Shown here piece by piece: positions 23,625 through 32,600 of a DNA stretch of 36,798 nt. Numbering within the stretch: the stretch's first letter is position 1; every line of letters begins with the position of its first letter. Both the position numbers and the translations under genes were made by a program. Origin of the DNA: Eledone cirrhosa (Eukaryota); NCBI GenBank assembly GCA_964016885.1, contig CAXHJY010000216.1, forward strand, positions 1 to 36,798. The letters run 5' to 3'. The notes beneath the pieces were generated by a model, which worked only from the letters and a program-made list of their open reading frames with translations, did no database searches and was not told where the DNA came from.

Positions 23625-26600
23625 TACATCAGGCTTGCACAGCTTCCTTCGACCAGTTTTACTCACAAGGCATCAGTGAGCCTGAGATTATAGTAGAAGA
23701 CACTTGTTCAAAATGCTGCCGCATAGCAGAACTGAACTCAAAACCATGTGCCCACAAAGCAAACTACTAAACTACACAGTCACAGCAACTGCAATTTATT
23801 CCAAAGCACATTTAGGAGCACTGTAAAAACAACTTTCTACTCACCACGTCTGAGCCATCTATTATTTTACGTTTTCTGTCCAGCTTGCTAGAAGATTGAC
23901 TGCTTGAGGTGGTACTGTGATTACTTATCGGATTCACCACATTGTTGCTGCTGCTACTGCTGCCGGTGTTGGTTGTAGTGGTGATTGTGGTGGTAGTGTT
24001 GGTGTTGGTATTGTTGTTGTTGTTGTTACCAGGGTGGCTGTTACTGGCTGTCTGGCTGTTGCTTGTCGCTACCACAGAAAGACCATTGCTGGAATTACTG
24101 ATATAGGATTTTGTCTTCAAAGCTTCAAATAGGCCGTCTACAAAAGTCCGTGTCCCTGTAACAATAACAAAACAATATAAAGGAGCTGATCAGATTAGAC
24201 CAATGGAACAATGTTTCCATTAGTCTTTCCATTGGTGATACTATCTGCTGGGAGCAACTCCTAGCAGAAGAAAGAGGCTGATCAGACTGGACCAATGAAA
24301 CAATGTTCCCATTGGTCTTTCCATTGCTGATACTATCTGCTAGGCACAAGTTCTGGCAAGAGGTGCAACATTAACCCTTTAGTGTTCAAACTGCCCGAAA
24401 TCGCCCAAAATTATTTCCCTTTCATTTGTTCAAACCGCCCGAAATCGCCTGATAACACGCACACTAAAAAATCGTTCTAAAAATAAACAAACCATCATCA
24501 AAATCTCGTCAATTCGAGATTACTGCGAGATTAGGCTCTTACCGCGAAAATTAACACTTAATATAGTGAAACAACTTAAAACAACAAGTATTTTTTTAAC
24601 TTTGAAAGTACAACAAATTTTTTTTTTTTATCAACATGGCTTATGAAAGTAGCGATACCAACTTTGAAGGTTTTACACACGACAACATTCAGAATAAACA
24701 AGAAACAAACGATAATATTAGTGATTTATCTTCAAATGAATCTGATGTTTATATTTCTGAAATTTCGTCCGATGATGATTGTTTTGAAAGTGAAAACGAA
24801 GGAGATCTCCAGGACGCCATTGAAAATATTACAGCAGTGGTTAAAAAATACCTCACTAATATATGTTCCCAATTTTATTCAAAATACTGGTCCACAACAC
24901 ACATTAGCTCCCGATGCTAAAGCACTGGATTATTTCTTTTTGTTTTTGCCACAAACTTTATTCGAAGTTGTGGCAGAAGAGATTAATTGATATGCCCAAC
25001 AACAGATTTAAAATCGAGGAAAACCCGATCTTTTTGGCGACCGACAGATGCTGCGGAAATGCAAGCATTTTTTACCGTAAATATTATGTTCGGTATAAAA
25101 CAATTTCCAAGACTGTGGAATTACTGGAACATTGATATTAGGTTTAGTGATCCTTATATATCAAGTATTATGCCGAAAACAATGTATTTAATATTAAACC
25201 AGTTTTGCACCTGGTTGATACTTCAAATGCCCCTATTAATTAATTTCACCTGGCCATAAAAGTCAAATTTGACCAAAAAAAATCAGGTAAAATTATATAA
25301 TTGTAAATTATTGATATTTAAACATCTACTGACAAAATTTCAAGCCTGCACATAGAAAATTAAGAAAATGACAAACAAATAAAATTGATAACCCTCTAGG
25401 GTATGATTAACTCAAAATAATGCGAACAGATAAGCATGAGGTTTGAAAATTAATGCGAATGCTAAAGGGTTAAATAAAAAGTATTTTTAGAACCACTGAT
25501 CGCTCAGATAGGCCAGGATACATCCTGACTCTACAGATTGAGAAATGCTGTGCAACCATTGCACCAGCATTAAAGAGGTCATCATGTCTTTGACACAACT
25601 GGTAGCTACAAGGAGTGTTCTAGATGACCTCTTTAGATCATCATAGCTTTGACACAACTGGTAGCCATAAAGAATGTTCTAGTTGTTTAATCAATGTTGA
25701 TGATAGTCATTCCACCAAGAACTAAGAGTAGGATCTGTTTATCTATGTTCAGTGAGACAAACTGAAGAAAACAGTATCAGATGCTTTGATGGGGAAGACA
25801 TATACACAACATGAAGACCTTAAGATTTGAACTTATGACCATGTTGTCAAATCAACACATTTAACCCTTTTATTACCATATTTCTAATGAAAGACACTGT
25901 CAAAGATTTTTTAACAGTTTTGAAACTAATCAAGAATTTTGAGAAATTTAGTTTTTAAGTTATGTCACAAACACCAGCTTCAATCTAATCCAATCCAGGG
26001 CCTTCTCACTCCTGTCGGAAGAACCCTTCTCTGGTTGACCTTCACCGCTTTCTGTTTGGTTTTAGTTATGTCAGCGGTATAGCCATACTGACAACGCTTG
26101 GCCGATTGTGAGTTGGTGAGGTTATTTAACTCATAGTTAGTGTGGATTGCCGTTGATTCTGGGAGTTCATCCATCCTCTTAACAGCTCTTGTTTTTTTGT
26201 GTTGCTAGGATTCCACTAAACTCCTCGCCAAACCAGACCCTGGTGGGGCAGCCAGTTTAGTCACCAATCACTCAACCATCAAGCAAGTTGTACTGGGTTA
26301 CATGGTACCAGTAGCAGGCAAAAGCTTGACCTGACCAGCTCATTGTGAAAATGAGTTATATCACTAAAGCCTTTAAATGCTTGATTATTTTGAAAATGAT
26401 TTTAAAATGAAAGGCAGTGTTTTTTCATTATATATATATGATAACAAAAGAGTTACCATCATAATTTTATGTAAAGCATTTGTTATGATCCAAACGGCAA
26501 TTAAAGAAAGTTTATTTCATTAAATCCCTTCAGATTCTTGGTTATTTTGAAAATGAATTTAAAATGGCAGTATCTTTTGTTAGAAATATGGTAAACAAAA

Positions 26601-29600
26601 GGGAAAAAAGTATTTTTATTTATCTAAGAACTTTCCATCAAAATTTTATGAATGAACATTTAAGTTATGTTCCAAACAGCAGCTTAATAATGTGGAAGTA
26701 TCTATATATACAAAACTGAAGATGTCTGTCTGTGTGTGTGTGTGAGTTTGAATCCCTAAAACTCGAGAACCACCCAACCGACTGTTTTCAAACTTTACAC
26801 ATGTAATACTTATCTTTCAGTGAGTGTTCTGAGCAAAATACATTTCAAATTTTCAATGCCCTAGGGGCCGCATTAGGCGATTTAGAGATCTCTCTCTATA
26901 ATTCTTAGTCTTTCTCTTTTTAGATAGATACATACATATAATGTCGCGCCCTTATAATATCTGTCTGTATGTCTGGCTGTGAGCATTACGTCACTTCCCT
27001 GAGCATGTCTTTGTGTGTGTGTGAGTTTGAATCCCTAAAACTCAAGAAGTACCCAACCGATATTTTTCAAACTTTACATGTGTATTACTTGTTTCAGGGA
27101 GTGTTATGCACATAAAAAAAAATTCAACTTTTTGATCTTAGATCGCATTAGGTGAAAAACTGCATTTTTAAAGCTTTTTAGGGGTTTTTTGAGGCGTTAT
27201 GTCAGACCAATTTCCTTGAAATTGTGATTATGTATTAGTCAGTCTCTTCTTCATAATGTGAACAAAGAAAATCCAACTTTTTTATGGCATTAGATGAAAA
27301 ACTTCATTTTTTCAGCTTTTTAGGGCTTTTTGGAGGCGTTACGTCTAGCCGATTTTCCCGAAATTTCAAGGCATATTATGCACATAAAAAAAATTTATTT
27401 TCTTGATCCCCTAGGGCCCCGCATTAGGTGAAAACCTGCATTTTTCCTGCTTCATCGAGGAAAATCTTAAAGATTATCCAGCCATCAGAGTATTCGGTTT
27501 ATTTTCTTTACATACTGTCCGGGCATGCAGTTTTTTCACGATTAGGTCTGTTGGCGGCCCGCGTTCCAAAACACCTTATCCCGTGCAACGCCGGGTATCA
27601 CTGCTAGTATTTTAATAAAATTCTTGGTTATTTTGAAAATGATTTAAAACTGATAAGCAGTCTTTCATTAGAGATATGGTAATGGAAGAACTGAAAATTA
27701 AACCTTGTATTAAATGGCAACAAATTGGCAGAGTTGTAAGAGGGTTAAAAAATGCCTAGTATTTATTCCGGCTCACAGTGTTCTGAGTTCAAATCCCGTC
27801 AATGTCAACTTTGTCTTTCATCCTTTTGAGGTCTATAAAGTACCAGTTCAATACTGGGGTCGATTCTTTCTCTTTCTTTAGAAGGAATCGACTGTGTTCA
27901 GACCTAGTGATGGGATAGGCTCTGCCAGGTTTAAAATGCCCAAGACATGCTGTTAAAAGCCTTTACCTTACTTTGTATAAAGTAAACCATGACTTACTGT
28001 GTTGCAGGAAAACATCAAGTTGATCAATAAGATTGTCATTTAGTTCGTTTTCAGGTTTATCTTTTTTTACAAGAGCCACTACATATTTAGCAAGAGCTGC
28101 AGGGTCAGCATCACATCTGTGGGAGAAAGATTAAAAACAAAACTATAAAATTCAATAGAATTATCAATATGAATAATAACAAACTGTGGTGGATTAGCAG
28201 GATTGGTAGAAAGTTAGATAAAATAGCTTTGCAGTATTTGTTCTGGTACTTTACATTCTGGGTTCAAATCCCACCAAGGTCAACTTTGCCTTTCATCCTT
28301 CTGGGGATCAATAAATAAAGTACCAGTCACATACTAGGGTTGATTTAATCAATTTTATATGCCATGTGTCCATCTCAGAAACCAATATACATAAATACGA
28401 AGGGAGGTGCCTCGGCAGAATTGGTAGAGCAACTGATAAAATACCATTGCAGTATTTGTTCTGGATCTTTAAATACTAGGTTCAAATCCCACCAAAGTCA
28501 ACTTTAACTTTCATCCTTCCAGGGTCGATAAAAAAAAGTACCAAAGTGGGGTTGATTTAATCAACTTTGCTCTACTCTTAATTGAATGGCGCCACCATTG
28601 GTTTGGTCATGCACTGTAACACTCATCAGGTCTACTCACCTGAGCACCTCCTGGGATGGCATAAACAGTGAGGTAGAGAGTTGAAAACATGAATTAGCAT
28701 CATTGAGTTGGATCTTGAGCTAATATCTGAGCCTCACACATATGGCAGTTATTGTTGAAACTGTGAAAGCTCACAATATCTGGTCCTCATGTGTTAATTA
28801 CTGTTGAAATTGTGATTGACAATATCTGGTCCTCATGTGTTAATTACTGTTGAAATTGTGACTGACAATATCTGGTCCTCATGTGTTAATTACTGTTGAA
28901 ATTGTGACTGACAATATCTGGTCCTCATATGTCAATTACTGTTGAAATTGTGATTGACAATATCTGGTCCTCATATGTCAACTACTGTTGAAATTGTGAT
29001 TGACAATATCTGGTCCTCATATGTCAACTACTGTTGAAATTGTGACTGACAATATCTGGTCCTCATATGTCAATTACTGTTGAAATTGTGACTGACAATA
29101 TCTGGTCCTCATATGTCAATTACTGTTGAAATTGTGACTGACAATATCTGGTCCTCATATGTCAACTACTGTTGAAATTGTGACTGACAATATCTGGTCC
29201 TCATATGTCAATTACTGTTGAAATTGTGATTGACAATATCTGGTCTTCATATGTCAATTACTGTTGAAATTGTGACTGACAATATCTGGTCCTCATATGT
29301 CAATTACTGTTGAAATTGTGATTGACAATATCTGGTCTTCATATGTCAATTACTGTTGAAATTGTGACTGACAATATCTGGTCCTCATATGTCAATTACT
29401 GTTGAAATTGTGACTGACAATATCTGATCCTCATATGTCAATTACTGTTGAAATTGTGACTGACAATATCTGGTCCTCATATGTCAATTACTGTTGAAAT
29501 TGTGACTGACAATATCTGGTCCTCATATGTCAACTACTGTTGAAATTGTGACTGACAATGTCTGGTCCTCATATGTCAATTACTGTTGAAATTGTGACTG

Positions 29601-32600
29601 ACAATATCTGGTCCTCGTATGTCAATTACTGTTGAAATTGTGACTGACAATATCTGGTCCTCATATGTCAACTACTGTTGAAATTGTGACTGACAATATC
29701 TGGTCCTCATATGGCAACTGCTGTTGAAATTGTGACTGACAATATCTGGTCCTCATATGTCAATTACTGTTGAAATTGTGACTGACAATATCTGGTCCTC
29801 ATATGTCAATTACTGTTGAAATTGTGACTGACAATATCTGGTCCTCATATGTCAACTACTGTTGAAATTGTGACTGACAATGTCTGGTCCTCATATGTCA
29901 ATTACTGTTGAAATTGTGACTGACAATATCTGGTCCTCGTATGTCAATTACTGTTGAAATTGTGACTGACAATATCTGGTCCTCATATGTCAACTACTGT
30001 TGAAATTGTGACTGACAATATCTGGTCCTCATATGGCAACTGCTGTTGAAATTGTGACTGACAATATCTGGTCCTCATATGTCAATTACTGTTGAAATTG
30101 TGACTGGCAATATCTGGTCCTCATATGTCAACTACTGTTGAAATTGTGACTGACAATATCTGGTCCTCATATGTCAATTACTGTTGAAATTGTGACTAAC
30201 AATATCTGGTCCTCATGTCAATTACTGTTGAAATTGTGACTGACAATATCTGGTCCTCATGTCAACTACTGTTGAAATTGTAACTGACAATATCTGGTCC
30301 TCATATGTCAACTACTGTTGAAATTGTGACTGACAATATCTGGTCCTCATATGTCAATTACTGTTGAAATTGTGACTGACAATATCTGGTCCTCGTATGT
30401 CAACTACTGTTGAAATTGTGACTGACAATATTTGGTCCTCATATGTCAATATCTGGTCCTATGTCAACTACTGTTGAAATTGTGACTGACAATATCTGGT
30501 CCTCATATGTCAACTACTGTTGAAATTGTGACTGACAATATCTGGTCCTCATATGTCAATTACTGTTGAAATTGTGACTGACAATATCTGATCCTCATAT
30601 GTCAACTACTGTTGAAATTGTGACTGACAATATCTGGTCCTCATATGTCAATTACTGTTGAAATTGTTACTAACAATATCTGGTCCTCATATGTCAACTA
30701 CTGTTGAAATTGTGACTGACAATATCTGGTCCTCATATGTCAATTACTGTTGAAATTGTGACTGACAAAATCTGGTCCTCATATGTCAATTACTGTTGAA
30801 ATTGTGACTGACAATATCTGGTCCTCATATGTCAATTACTGTTGAAATTGTGACTGACAATATCTGGTCCTCATATGTCAACTACTGTTGAAATTGTGAC
30901 TGACAATATCTGATCCTCATATGTCAACTACTGTTGAAATTGTGACTGACAATATCTGGTCCTCATATGTCAATTACTGTTGAAATTGTGACTGACAATA
31001 TCTGGTCCTCATATGTCAATTACTGTTGAAATTGTGACTGACAATATCTGGTCCTCATATGTCAATTACTGTTGAAATTGTGACTGACAATATCTGGTCC
31101 TCATATGTCAATTACTGTTGAAATTGTGACTAACTGACATTATCTGGTCCTCATATGTCAACTACTGTTGAAATTGTGACTAACTGACATTATCTGCAAC
31201 AGACAGCTGTGATTCCCGTATTTAGTGGGGGTGGAGTCTTCTGTTTATGTTGCTGTAAGTTCACTGGTTATAATTGGCATCTATGGCAACTACTGTTGGA
31301 ATCATGACTGCCTGACAATATCTGCAACTGACAGCTGTGATCACTGTGTATGATGGGGAGGGGGTGGCACTCTGTGCACAATGTTCTAGATGCACATGTT
31401 AAAGCCAGGTCAACTCATGCCGAATTAACACAAACACAAGGTTGTCACACACAGATATCCCCAGTTACATTAAAAAAAAACACATATGTAATCTTTTTGA
31501 TGATGATGATGATAATCTACCCGTTACTTGATCTGCTAGAAACAGCAGCCAAGTCTCTTTCAAATAAACTATCATCATCGTTTTTATGTTGACTTTTCCA
31601 TGCTGACCTGGAATGGATGAGGCAAAGTTTTACAGCCTGATGCCCTTTATGACACCAAACCTTTTAGTCACTTCCTAAGACAGGCAAGAAAGATGTACCT
31701 ATTCTAAACCAGATACACACTATCTTCTTTTAAAAAAATGAAAACATTATATAATGTAAAGCTGAAGACTCCTAACTAAAGAAATGAAATAACCATGGCT
31801 AAAGGGCTTTTGGTTATAGGTATATTCGATCAGGGCTAAATATTATTTTTTATTGTTTTGGCTAGATAAGACACATACATCATCAACATTTAGCATCCAT
31901 TTTCTCTGCTAGCAAAAGTTAGACAGGTCATCACATACCAAGTCTGTACTCAATCGGAACCACTGATCTTGTACTATACAAAGTGCACCATGTGCATCTT
32001 ATCATGGCACCAGCACTAAGGAGGTTGTTACGTCTTTGGCACAACTGAAAAGTAGTCTCTACCCTTTGTTTGGCAAGTTTTCTGTAGATAAATGCCTTTC
32101 CAATTACCAACCGCGTTACAGGGTGTAGTGGATGCATTTTTTCATGTCACCAACATTAGAGAGGTTGTCATGTCCTTGACAAATGAAGAGTCGTCTCAAC
32201 CAATTTTTTGCCATTGCTTCTACAGCTGGATGATCTTCCTACAAACAACCACTAGAGAGGTTGTTGAGTCATGACTAGAGGGGCCTCTCAACCCCTTTTT
32301 AGCATGGCTTCTACAGCTGGAAGCCCTTCCTAACAACAACCACTTTACAGAGTATACTAAATGCATTTCATCATGGCACCAGCACACACTGTAAAGTGGT
32401 TAGTGATAGGAAGAGCATCCAGCAGTAGAAACCTGACAGTTGTGTCAAATATAACCTCCCGAGTGCTGACGTCAATAAAATGCACTCAATTGTATGTGTG
32501 ATGCGGGTCTCTGGCCCATCTGAGAGGTAAATAGCTCCCCTTGAATACTGACTTGGTCTGTGAAGACCCATCCAATCCATTACCAGCCGAGAAAACAGAC

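Noticed and set aside
24183-24363. Hammerhead ribozyme in the 90-bp unit (GAAA-stem-CTA followed by CTGATCA on minus)
   Set aside because: No stem I or stem II can be formed around the boxes and the CUGANGA match is imperfect.
27715-28567. tRNA genes (A and B boxes)
   Set aside because: The boxes are followed by the SINE core and there is no cloverleaf, so these are SINE heads.
28720-31197. 46-bp palindromic array as a CRISPR array
   Set aside because: There are no variable spacers, only point variants. It is an ordinary tandem repeat.
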